From a virus: a stretch of DNA of 64,000 bases. The stretch spans positions 1 to 64,000 of IMG/VR virus record IMGVR_UViG_3300031952_000008, one strand, 5' to 3'. Under the pieces are notes generated by a model. The model did not search any database and was not told where the DNA came from. It saw only the letters and a program-made list of their open reading frames with translations. The translations under genes and the position numbers were made by a program. Position 1 is the stretch's first letter. Each line of letters starts with the position of its first letter. Below, piece after piece: positions 16,976-26,227 of the stretch.

Positions 16976-17728
16976 ATGATAAAAATAAATTGGACAAGTA
17001 AGGAACAAAATTTAATGGAACAATATTTTAAGAGTTCCTCAAGCGAAATGAGTTTATATCTTAAATTGCATAAGATTAATCCTAGTAGAACTTATGAGGC
17101 TATGATGAGAAGAATTAGGCTTATGAGAGATGGCGGATGGGAAAAGAACAAGACCAATGCTTTAAAAAAGCTTAGGGTTGGTTATTTAGATATAGAAGCA
17201 ACTAATCTTAATGGAGACTTTGGATACATCCTTAGTTGGTTTATTAAACATAAGGGAAAGGATAAGTATGATTTTAGTGTTATTAAAAAAAGCGAGATTT
17301 TTAATTATACTTTTGATAAAAGAGTAGTTAAGGAATTACTTGAAGCACTTAAAAACTATGATGTAATCTATGCTCATTATGGAGCAGATTATAGGTTTGA
17401 TATACCTTTTATCCGTACAAGAGCATTTAAGCATGGTTTGGAAGGTATGTTGCCTATGGATATGGAATTATTTATTATGGATACTTATGATATTGCTAAG
17501 AAAAAACTTAAGTTGCATAGTAATAGATTAGGTAGTATAGGAGAGGCTGTGGGTATTAAAGATGTTAAGAAAACTCCTTTATCTCCAGAACAATGGAGTT
17601 TAGCGACCGCAGGGCATCCAGATGCTTTGGCCTATATAGTTAAACACAACCAAAAAGATGTACAATTATTGGAAAAAATACATTTCAAATTAGAGTGTGT
17701 ACAAAGACCAGTTTATAAATCGATGTAG
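16976..17728 (+). CDS. DEDD 3'-5' exonuclease (RNase_H_2/YprB-like)
   Basis: YLDIEAT, FDIPF, HNQKDV. Confidence 0.85.
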   Translation: MIKINWTSKEQNLMEQYFKSSSSEMSLYLKLHKINPSRTYEAMMRRIRLMRDGGWEKNKTNALKKLRVGYLDIEATNLNGDFGYILSWFIKHKGKDKYDFSVIKKSEIFNYTFDKRVVKELLEALKNYDVIYAHYGADYRFDIPFIRTRAFKHGLEGMLPMDMELFIMDTYDIAKKKLKLHSNRLGSIGEAVGIKDVKKTPLSPEQWSLATAGHPDALAYIVKHNQKDVQLLEKIHFKLECVQRPVYKSM

Positions 17729-17735
17729 GAGGGAT

Positions 17736-18416
17736 ATGTTGAAAAATAATAATGGTAAAAACAATTCATTTTATGGAAAGCACCATTCCAAAAAAACCAA
17801 AGAATTGCTTAGTAAAATTAATACTATACCAAGAACAAAACCTTTTATTATTTCGGAGACAATGGAATATATAATAAATGGTCTTATGTTGGGTGATGGT
17901 TGTTTGTTTCAAAGTAAAAAAACAACCGCTAGATATTCACATGGATATAAATATAAAGAATATATAGATTTTATTTGTAAAGAATTAGATATAGAATGGG
18001 GTAAATTATACCAAGATAAAAAAACTAATTGTTTTCATATAAAATCTCTTTCATCTCCAACTTGGTTAGAATTAAAACAAAAATGGTATATTGATAACAA
18101 AAAAATAGTTCCAAAAGATATAAAAATAAATGGCAAAACATTATTATTTTGGTTTTTAGGTGATGGATTTATAAATACACCAACGAAATATAGAGATAAA
18201 GATACAAAATATTATGAAATTTTTCTTTGTACAGATGCATTTAATAGGGATGATAATAATTTTTTAATAAATAAATTGAGCGATATAGGTATAGTTTCTA
18301 CATTAACTAGTAGAAATAGATTAAGAATTAGTGCAAAATCAAATAAACGATTTTTCGAATTAGTCGGAGAATGTCCTGTAGAATGTTATAAATATAAATG
18401 GAGGATGAAAAAATGA
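17736..18416 (+). CDS. LAGLIDADG homing endonuclease with NUMOD3
   Basis: FYGKHHSKKTK; GLMLGDG; FWFLGDG; LCTDAF. Confidence 0.88.
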   Translation: MLKNNNGKNNSFYGKHHSKKTKELLSKINTIPRTKPFIISETMEYIINGLMLGDGCLFQSKKTTARYSHGYKYKEYIDFICKELDIEWGKLYQDKKTNCFHIKSLSSPTWLELKQKWYIDNKKIVPKDIKINGKTLLFWFLGDGFINTPTKYRDKDTKYYEIFLCTDAFNRDDNNFLINKLSDIGIVSTLTSRNRLRISAKSNKRFFELVGECPVECYKYKWRMKK

Positions 18417-19426
18417 AGGTGGTTGTGATAAGTGGGGTTTCTGGTCAAGATGGTTCGTATATTGTAGAGAAATATCTTAATATGAAAAACTTTCGGGTAG
18501 TTGGAATAGAACGCTGGAATCCTACTGGCGTATCTAAAAATTTAGATAATGTAATTAACGACCCCAATTTTATCTTAGAGAATGGAGATATTTGCGAACA
18601 TAATTTTATACATAGGATATTTGAAAAGTACAAGCCTGACTACTTTTATAACATGGCCGCTATATCGTTAGTTCCTGAAAGCTTTAAGATACCTGAACAG
18701 TTTTTTGAAATTAATACAATAGCAGTACTTAAGATATTGGAAGAGATTAGAACTTACTCTCCAAAGACAAAATTCTATCAAGCAAGTACTTCCGAACAGA
18801 TTGGAACTAATAGAAGTATGCCACAGAATACGGAGTCTAAAATGTTACCTAATTCTCCTTATGCTATAGCTAAATTGGCTAGTTATCATTTAGTTAGAAG
18901 TTATAGGGAAGCTTATGGTTTATTTTGTGTAAATGGTATGCTTTGGAACCATGAAGGTCCTAGACGTGGTCCAGATTTTGTAACTCGTAAGATAACTATG
19001 GGTATTGCTAAGATTAAAAAAGGAACTTTAGATTTTGTAGAATTAGGAAATCTTAATGCTATTAGAGATTGGGGTAATGCTGAGGATTATGTAGAAGCTA
19101 TGATTATGATGATGCACCACGATAAACCTGATGATTATGGAGTTGCCACTGGAGAATCTCATAGTATTAGGGAGTTTGTTGAAGAAGCATTTAAGCAAAT
19201 AGGAGAAACAATTACTTGGAAGGGTAATGATGCTTTTGAATTGGGAGTTAATCAAGATGGTAAAATTAGGGTTAAAATCAATGAACGATTTTATAGACCT
19301 GTTGAAGTTCCTCAACTTTGTGGAGATGCTTCAAAAATTAAAGGAATACTAGGATGGACACCTAGAGTAACATTTAGGGAATTGGTAAAAAATATGGTAG
19401 ACGCTGATATAAATCTTTTAAAATAA
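18413..19426 (+). CDS. gmd: GDP-mannose 4,6-dehydratase
   Basis: SGVSGQDGSY, YQASTSE, SPYAIAK, NHEGPRRG, FVTRKI, RDWG. Confidence 0.95.
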   Translation: MKVVVISGVSGQDGSYIVEKYLNMKNFRVVGIERWNPTGVSKNLDNVINDPNFILENGDICEHNFIHRIFEKYKPDYFYNMAAISLVPESFKIPEQFFEINTIAVLKILEEIRTYSPKTKFYQASTSEQIGTNRSMPQNTESKMLPNSPYAIAKLASYHLVRSYREAYGLFCVNGMLWNHEGPRRGPDFVTRKITMGIAKIKKGTLDFVELGNLNAIRDWGNAEDYVEAMIMMMHHDKPDDYGVATGESHSIREFVEEAFKQIGETITWKGNDAFELGVNQDGKIRVKINERFYRPVEVPQLCGDASKIKGILGWTPRVTFRELVKNMVDADINLLK

Positions 19427-19437
19427 GTTTAGATAGA

Positions 19438-19455
19438 TTTAAATAGGTGAACATA
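19438..19455 (+). promoter_or_regulatory. TATA promoter of nrdD
   Basis: TTTAAATA-ggt-GAACATA. Confidence 0.65.
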
Positions 19456-19513
19456 GTATATATATCTATTCTGCATAGATAATATAATCTTAAAAATTTT
19501 ATGGAGTGGAAAC

Positions 19514-21310
19514 ATGGTAGAAAAATTTATTAAGGAAACAGTAGAAAATTATGTCAATAGCAAGTCTTGGAGAATTGCCGAAAACGCTAATGCTCGTTGG
19601 AGTTATAGCGGGTTACAATCCTTTATAGCAGGGGCCGTTCTTTCCGATTACGCTCTTAATAACGTTTACACTCCAGAAATTAAAGAAGCTCATAAAGCCC
19701 ATTCTATCCATATACATGACCTTGATGGTGGTGGGAAGATATTTTATTGTTTAGGTCATAGCCTTAAGCAACTTCTTATAAAAGGATTTTGTGGCGTTCC
19801 AGGAAAGGTTTCAGCAAAACCAGCAAAACATTTCGATTCGGTATTGGGACAAATCGTTAATTATATAGGAACCCTCCAAAACGAGGCAAGTGGCGCCCAA
19901 GCTTTTAGTAGTTTTGATACTTACTTATGCCCCTTTATTAGGTATGATAATTTAAATCCTGAACAAGTTAAACAAGCACTTCAAGAGTTTATATTTAGTA
20001 TTAACCAATCCTGTAGATGGGGTAATCAAGTACCTTTCTTTAATATTACTTTAGACCTTAAGTGTCCGGAACCTTTAAAAGATAAGTTTGTTATTATAGG
20101 TGGTAAGGAGCAAAAAGAGAAATATGTGGATTTTCAAAAAGAACAAGATTTATTTAATAAGGCTTTAATTGATTTATTTATAGAAGGTGATAGTGATGGT
20201 AGACCATTTACCTTTCCTTTACCTACTATTAATTTAACCAAAGATTTTGATTGGGAAGGAGAAATTGCTCAAAAGATATTCTTTATGACAGGCAAGTATG
20301 GAACTCCCACTTTCCAAAACTTTATAAATAGTGATATGAAACCTGAGGATACTTACTCTATGTGCTGTCGTCTTAGATTAGATAAAAAATTATTAGAGAA
20401 AAAGACTGGCGGACTATTTGGAGCAGGAGAAATGACTGGAAGTATAGGCGTTGTTACTATTAATATGCCACAATTAGGGTTTAAAACTAAAGGTAGTGAA
20501 GAAAAGTTTTTTATTGAACTAGATAGGTTAATGGATATATCCTCTAAATCTTTAGAAATAAAAAGAAAAGAGATAGAGTATTCTCTTAAAATAGCTTTAA
20601 CTCCTTATACTAGGGAATATTTAGGTACAACAAGAAATCATTTTAGTACTATTGGTTTAAATGGTATGCATGAGTGTTGTTTGAATTTCTTAGGTAAAGA
20701 TAAGGGTATTGATACTAAAGAGGGTAAAGATTTTACTCTTAAAGTATTAGATTTTATGAGAGGAAAGTTAGTGGTTTATCAAGAGAAAACTGGCAATCTT
20801 TATAACTTAGAAGCTACACCAGCCGAAGGTACTAGTCATAGATTTGCCAGATATGATATAGAAAAGTTTCCTGATATAATTACTGCTGGTACAAAAACAA
20901 CTCCATACTATACCAATTCAACACAATTACCAGTTGATAAAGTTATTGATGTCTTTGATGCACTAACTCAACAGGATGAATTACAATGTAAATATACTGG
21001 TGGAACAGTATTTCATGCATTTATTGGGGAGAGATTACATGATTGGAGAACTACAAGAAATTTAGTTAAGAAGATAGCTGAGAACTTTAAATTACCATAC
21101 TTTACTATTAGTCCAACTTTTACTATTTGTAAAGAACATGGTTACATAAGTGGAGAACATTTTAAATGTCCTATAGATAAATGCGAACAACCTACAGAAG
21201 TTTATAGTCGTATTGTGGGATATTATAGACCCGTTCAACAATGGAATAAGGGGAAAAAAGCCGAGTTTCGTGAAAGAAACGAATTTAAGATAGAACAAGT
21301 TGATATTTGA
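19514..21310 (+). CDS. nrdD: anaerobic (class III) ribonucleoside-triphosphate reductase
   Basis: IHIHDL, SMCCRL, EATPAEG, C-terminal Zn site, glycyl-radical loop SRIVGYY. Confidence 0.95.
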   Translation: MVEKFIKETVENYVNSKSWRIAENANARWSYSGLQSFIAGAVLSDYALNNVYTPEIKEAHKAHSIHIHDLDGGGKIFYCLGHSLKQLLIKGFCGVPGKVSAKPAKHFDSVLGQIVNYIGTLQNEASGAQAFSSFDTYLCPFIRYDNLNPEQVKQALQEFIFSINQSCRWGNQVPFFNITLDLKCPEPLKDKFVIIGGKEQKEKYVDFQKEQDLFNKALIDLFIEGDSDGRPFTFPLPTINLTKDFDWEGEIAQKIFFMTGKYGTPTFQNFINSDMKPEDTYSMCCRLRLDKKLLEKKTGGLFGAGEMTGSIGVVTINMPQLGFKTKGSEEKFFIELDRLMDISSKSLEIKRKEIEYSLKIALTPYTREYLGTTRNHFSTIGLNGMHECCLNFLGKDKGIDTKEGKDFTLKVLDFMRGKLVVYQEKTGNLYNLEATPAEGTSHRFARYDIEKFPDIITAGTKTTPYYTNSTQLPVDKVIDVFDALTQQDELQCKYTGGTVFHAFIGERLHDWRTTRNLVKKIAENFKLPYFTISPTFTICKEHGYISGEHFKCPIDKCEQPTEVYSRIVGYYRPVQQWNKGKKAEFRERNEFKIEQVDI

Positions 21311-21319
21311 GGTGAGTTT

Positions 21320-21586
21320 ATGTTAGATGTTTATACAATGTTAATAATTATGTTAATAGTTTTAGGATTACAAATAGTGTTTTTCTTAACTAATATTTTT
21401 ATTTTAGGTTTTTGTTTATCTAAAGTATTAAGTGTTCCAACACCTAAACAAATTATTAAGGAAATAATGGATACAAAAGTACCTGTAGCCATGAATCCTA
21501 ATCAAATAACACCAGGTACATTACCACCAACAGATGAAAATATAAAACCTACAATTCCTAGAGGTAAAGATGGCTACTTTGGTTAA
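21320..21586 (+). CDS. membrane protein
   Basis: N-terminal TM; GAGGTGA SD. Confidence 0.6.
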   Translation: MLDVYTMLIIMLIVLGLQIVFFLTNIFILGFCLSKVLSVPTPKQIIKEIMDTKVPVAMNPNQITPGTLPPTDENIKPTIPRGKDGYFG

Positions 21587-21619
21587 GTTTCTTAGAAAGA
21601 TAGTAAAAGAGGCATTATA

Positions 21620-22015
21620 ATGGTAGAATGGATTGGCGTTCCTAAAGATATAACCAAGTATATAGGGTACACATATATTATAACTAACATACCAGAACGA
21701 AAGTTTTATATAGGGAAGAAACTATTCTTCTCAATTCGGAAGTTAAAGCCTTTAAAAGGAAAGAAAAATAAAAGACTAGTTCGAAAGGAGACAGATTGGA
21801 GAGACTATTATGGTTCCTGTAACGAACTTAATGCCGATATTGAACGGTTAGGGAAGGATAATTTTGAACGAGAAATACTCTCCTGTTACAAAACTAGATG
21901 GGAATGGAGTTACGCCGAACTAAAAGAACAGGTGGATAGAGATGTTTTACGCAGGAAAGATTTTTATAACGGAATAATTCGAGTTCGTTTACCTGGTTTT
22001 AAGAAGGATTTATAG
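21620..22015 (+). CDS. GIY-YIG family nuclease (Seg-like)
   Basis: GYTYIITN....FYIGKK, YYGS, FEREIL, FYN. Confidence 0.8.
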   Translation: MVEWIGVPKDITKYIGYTYIITNIPERKFYIGKKLFFSIRKLKPLKGKKNKRLVRKETDWRDYYGSCNELNADIERLGKDNFEREILSCYKTRWEWSYAELKEQVDRDVLRRKDFYNGIIRVRLPGFKKDL

Positions 22016-22061
22016 GAATTTATATAAAATTTATAAAAACTTTACGAAATCAACAGAAAGC

Positions 22062-22079
22062 TTTAAATACTAGAACTTG
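22062..22079 (+). promoter_or_regulatory. BRE-TATA promoter of the S-layer-like gene
   Basis: CAGAAAGC-TTTAAATA-cta-GAACTTG; predicts an approximately 130-nt leader. Confidence 0.65.
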
Positions 22080-22217
22080 TATATAGTAATTAAGGACGCT
22101 AAAAACAAGGTTAAATGCGTTCCTTTCTTAAAATATGGCTAAAGTTGAATGTTAAAGGGGATTGATTTCTTTGGCTTACAGCTAGTGGAACAATCTTATA
22201 AGCGAGGTTTAAACAAA

Positions 22218-23891
22218 ATGGAAATAAAAAAAGTTATGAAGGGAGTAGCGTTGGGGTCTTTAATGCTGGGTGCTACATTCTTAGCAGGATGTAACGGAGC
22301 AGTTATTGAACAGCAAAAGAACCAAATTGACGCTCTTAGTACAAAATTAGATAGTATGGCAACCAAGACAACAGGTCTTGAACAATCTGTATCAGATTTG
22401 ACTGATATAGCTAAAACACAGCAAGATATTGCTAAATCTATGGAATTGGCTAAAGAAGTTGCAGAGAAAAAGGCAACTGAAAACGATGCTAAAATCTTGG
22501 AAGATGCTAAATTAATAGAAGCATTACAAGGAGAGATAACAGGTCTTAAAGCTGAAGTTACTGTTGGTGCAGGAAGCGGAACAGGAAAAATTCTTGAAAT
22601 GGATTTTAATGAAGGCGAGAATACAACACTTGATGATTCAGACCTTGGTTTGATTAATGATGAAGTGGAATTTGATGGAGACGATTATGATGTTAAAGAG
22701 GAAGTAATCTTTACAGATGCTTTTAAACTAATGACATCAATAGAAGGCGATGAGAACTTTGCTGAGAAACCTTACTTGGTTACTACAGATGAAGGAGCTA
22801 TTGCTTACAAATACATTATAGAAGATGATTTGTTGGCTTCAGATATTTCCGAAGATGAACCATTGAACATAAAGTTCCTTGGTAAAGATATGGAAATTAT
22901 AAAAGCAAACAATGTTACTGGCGAGATAACTGTTAGAGAAGGAGCTAAATTCTTGATGGATGAAGGAGCAACCAAAACTATTACACTAGACGGAAAAGAC
23001 TATGTAGTCACCGTTGATTTTATTAGTGAAAATGGCGGAGCTAAATTTTCCATTAATGGACAAGTTACATCAACTCTAGATGAAGGCGAAACTGATGAGG
23101 CATCAGATATTGAAGTTTCTGTAATAGAAATCTTGGATAATGAAGCCGCTGAAGGAAGAGCAGACAAAGTAGAATTCTACCTAGGAGAGACTGTTTACAA
23201 AACAATCGCTGATGGGGACGAATATACTGAGGATGTTGAAGACTTTATCTATACAATAAAATTTGATGGAGCTAACCTAAGGAGTATCGGTGTCAGTTAT
23301 GATAGACAAGCAGATGACTTGGAAGACATCGAAGACGGTTTTGAACCTATCGCTATAGGAAAGGAATTAGTATTCCCTGAGGGTTATGTTAAAGTTAAAT
23401 TCTTGGGAGTTACAGATGTTAATTACAACCAATATGATTTGACACTTGAAGAACAAGGAGATACTCATATGCCAGTTGTTCAATTAGTATCTGATGACGA
23501 TAGAGGATTTAGTGTTGGTACTGAAGAAGTTAACAAGGTTAGAATTAATGCAACCAATGTTTTCTACAGGGATGACAATAATGATTGGATAACAGCAGAT
23601 TTGAATACATTAAAACTAACTTTTGAAGACACAGAATTAGGTGTAACTTATGTTGGTACAAAACTAAGTATCGGAAAATTAGATGTAGTTACTGACTTTA
23701 CAAAGTTAGGAGTTACAGAAGAACAATCCGAGCCTACAGAAATAGTCTATAACGGAGTTAGTCTAGGAACTAAAGAAGATAAAGTCTTGACAACTGATGG
23801 AGTTATCATAGCAGTAGAAGAGGATGAAGATAGATTCAGCTTCTCACTACCTGGTGATGACATCACAGGAGATGTTGAGGTTTATCAATAA
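22218..23891 (+). CDS. S-layer-like surface protein with lipobox-type signal peptide
   Basis: Signal ending FLAGC, coiled coil, then an acidic beta-rich body with IKFLGKDMEIIK and AKFSINGQVTSTLDEGET segments resembling euryarchaeal/DPANN S-layer proteins. Confidence 0.7.
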   Translation: MEIKKVMKGVALGSLMLGATFLAGCNGAVIEQQKNQIDALSTKLDSMATKTTGLEQSVSDLTDIAKTQQDIAKSMELAKEVAEKKATENDAKILEDAKLIEALQGEITGLKAEVTVGAGSGTGKILEMDFNEGENTTLDDSDLGLINDEVEFDGDDYDVKEEVIFTDAFKLMTSIEGDENFAEKPYLVTTDEGAIAYKYIIEDDLLASDISEDEPLNIKFLGKDMEIIKANNVTGEITVREGAKFLMDEGATKTITLDGKDYVVTVDFISENGGAKFSINGQVTSTLDEGETDEASDIEVSVIEILDNEAAEGRADKVEFYLGETVYKTIADGDEYTEDVEDFIYTIKFDGANLRSIGVSYDRQADDLEDIEDGFEPIAIGKELVFPEGYVKVKFLGVTDVNYNQYDLTLEEQGDTHMPVVQLVSDDDRGFSVGTEEVNKVRINATNVFYRDDNNDWITADLNTLKLTFEDTELGVTYVGTKLSIGKLDVVTDFTKLGVTEEQSEPTEIVYNGVSLGTKEDKVLTTDGVIIAVEEDEDRFSFSLPGDDITGDVEVYQ

Positions 23892-23893
23892 AT

Positions 23894-23917
23894 GGGAGCT
23901 TTTGCTCCCTCTTTTTT
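23894..23917 (+). terminator. hairpin plus U-tract terminator
   Basis: GGGAGC-TTTT-GCTCCC-TCTTTTTT just after the stop. Confidence 0.7.
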
Positions 23918-23957
23918 AGTAAAGTTTATTAAGTAAAGCTTGTGAGGAGATTTAAAA

Positions 23958-24197
23958 ATGGCCGATTCCGAAAAGAGACCACCAATTAGAGTGGATGATG
24001 AAGTAGATGTTGAAATAGAAAGTAGAGGTGCTAGAAGTGATGGCGTTGCTAAGTATGATGGTTTTATAATCTTCATACCAAATACTTCTGTAGGAGAGAA
24101 GGTAAAGGTTAAGGTTGAGAAGGTCTTCAAAAAATTCGCTATAGGCCGTCGGATGCTGGTTTCTGAAGATGATATTATTGTTACGAAAGACGAATAA
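23958..24197 (+). CDS. archaeal single-TRAM-domain RNA-binding protein
   Basis: PPI..DVEIES.G..SDGVAKYDGFIIFIP..VGEKVKVKVEKVFKKFA. Confidence 0.9.
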   Translation: MADSEKRPPIRVDDEVDVEIESRGARSDGVAKYDGFIIFIPNTSVGEKVKVKVEKVFKKFAIGRRMLVSEDDIIVTKDE

Positions 24198-24209
24198 AGG
24201 TGAAATATA

Positions 24210-24506
24210 ATGATACCATTTGGAACAATATTAGTAGGACTAGGCTCAGGCCTTTCCAGAGCTTTGGTAGGATATGTTAAAAACTTACCAGATAGTACAA
24301 AAGATAACTCAATAGATTGGGTAAAAGCCGCTCCTGCTTTGATAGTAGGTGCAGGTATAGGAATTTATGGAGCAGTTGCAGGTGCAGACTTTATGACCGC
24401 TGAAGCTTTCCTAGCCTCTACAGGTGTAACTTATCTAGTAGGAGAGATATATAACACAATATATAAGGCTATAGTTGCTAAGAAATTAGTTGTTAACGCC
24501 AAGTAA
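24210..24506 (+). CDS. small multi-TM membrane protein (holin-like?)
   Basis: Two to three Gly/Ala-rich hydrophobic helices and a basic C-terminus. Confidence 0.55.
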   Translation: MIPFGTILVGLGSGLSRALVGYVKNLPDSTKDNSIDWVKAAPALIVGAGIGIYGAVAGADFMTAEAFLASTGVTYLVGEIYNTIYKAIVAKKLVVNAK

Positions 24507-24516
24507 AAATTAACTC

Positions 24517-24642
24517 CCTAAGGTCGTAATTGACCTTAGGCCTGTTAAGTTTCTCTATTTCTCGACCTAATTAAAAGCCATTAGAGCAACGATTATTTTG
24601 GCCTACATATATCATGTCTAATTAATAATCGTTCTCCTAATG
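24517..24642. repeat. two inverted repeats at the convergence of the + and - gene blocks
   Basis: CCTAAGGTC/GACCTTAGG (24517-24540); AACGATTATT/AATAATCGTT within an imperfect IR 24579-24642. Confidence 0.7.
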
Positions 24643-24723
24643 TCACCAGAATTGGCCAGAATTGATTTTCTAAGCGTAGAATTATGCTATATTAACTACT
24701 ATATAGTTGTAAAACTTTTACGA

Positions 24724-26226
24724 TTATTTGTATAGTACACAAATCTTAGAATATGTGGCACCAGCAAACATTTTTTTAATTCTAACCTTAAGTTGATTAC
24801 CAGCCGTTGTAAAAGTAAAAATTTGACCGGAACCAGGAACTATACCTTCCCAATTCAATCCATCATCATTACAAACTTCCCACTCATCTTCTTCTGTATC
24901 AGGATAGTTACCTAAATATCTAACCTCACATTGAGTAATATTGTTCTCCGAGGTTGTAGTAGGACTAGTAGCTTTTCCATCCGATGCAGGACTAGTAACT
25001 ATTAAATATCCTTGTTCAGAAACTTCGGTATTTTCATAGGTCCAAGTAGGAGTAGTAATTTCATTAATAAAATCAATAGTATAACTATTAGTCATATCAT
25101 TTAAATTAACAAAAGGTCTAATAACTTTTTCCGCATCAATTCTATCCTTAAACAATTTAGACATATTAATAGTTCTTTCATTAATATCAATGGTAGAATA
25201 GAACCCACCCTCATCCCAAATATGTGTTAAAGTTTGAATTCTATACCAACCCGAAACGCCACAATAAGGAACTTGACAATCTACTTGCTCCCCAGGGTTA
25301 AGAACCTGAAGACCTAAAGCAGATAAATTACCAAGGTCAGGAAGACTGGTTGTAATACTAAGTTCAGCATTAGCTTTTTCTTGAACAAGAGTCATATTTT
25401 TAAGAGTAGAATCTGAAACTACCTCATCCTTTCTCCAAACATCAGTTTGACTAGGAATATCTTCTTCCGTCTTTAAATAAACAATTCCGCCATCTTCTTC
25501 TCCATAAACAGTAACTCTATTTTTTAAAATATCATAATCTTTACCAAACCTATCTATTCCTTTAAGATTAACTCCAATAGCAATACTTGTTTCCTCACTT
25601 TTTATACTGTTTTGAGAAAAAACATGAAGGTCTCCGGTATTATCGATATAACAATCAGCATTGCACCTTTTACAAATATCTACTATAGCACTCCAACCAC
25701 TAACGTTAGAATAATTATTAGTAATCCTAGTAGTAAGTGCCGAAACATTTATATAAGTAACTACCCCACTAAAATGGTCATCAATAATGGCTTTTATTCC
25801 ATCACTACCTAATTGGTTAACTAATTCTTGAATAATTAATTGGTCGGATAATTCAGGACAACTTTTACTTTCTATATTAATTAAATAACCATTCATATCA
25901 AGACTGTATTGGCAATTAGTAACTTTTCCTTTAAAAATCTTAGTAGTTAAACCATCTTCATAATCTGCCCATATTTCTAATACATCACCAGCATCAAAAA
26001 TATCAAGCCATTCGCCTTCACTATTATCTAAAACAACTTCAGCAGTAGGAAGAGCCTCGGTGGCCGGAAGAATAACTCGGAAATTTAAGGCATAATCACT
26101 AACATCGTAAACCATACCAGTTTCGCCATCAGTAATCTTGATAGTTCTATAAGGAGTGGCGTAAGCATCACTAAGAAAGATAACACCATGTTCTCCTCTA
26201 TTATATCTATCGCTAGTATCTCCCAT
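24724..26226 (-). CDS. tail tip/baseplate hub-like protein
   Basis: KIFKGKV..YID..GDLH..LKNRVTVYG..LNPGEQV..YRIQTLTH pattern; distal end of the tail operon. Confidence 0.65.
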   Translation of the reverse strand: MGDTSDRYNRGEHGVIFLSDAYATPYRTIKITDGETGMVYDVSDYALNFRVILPATEALPTAEVVLDNSEGEWLDIFDAGDVLEIWADYEDGLTTKIFKGKVTNCQYSLDMNGYLINIESKSCPELSDQLIIQELVNQLGSDGIKAIIDDHFSGVVTYINVSALTTRITNNYSNVSGWSAIVDICKRCNADCYIDNTGDLHVFSQNSIKSEETSIAIGVNLKGIDRFGKDYDILKNRVTVYGEEDGGIVYLKTEEDIPSQTDVWRKDEVVSDSTLKNMTLVQEKANAELSITTSLPDLGNLSALGLQVLNPGEQVDCQVPYCGVSGWYRIQTLTHIWDEGGFYSTIDINERTINMSKLFKDRIDAEKVIRPFVNLNDMTNSYTIDFINEITTPTWTYENTEVSEQGYLIVTSPASDGKATSPTTTSENNITQCEVRYLGNYPDTEEDEWEVCNDDGLNWEGIVPGSGQIFTFTTAGNQLKVRIKKMFAGATYSKICVLYK

Positions 26227-26227
26227 T

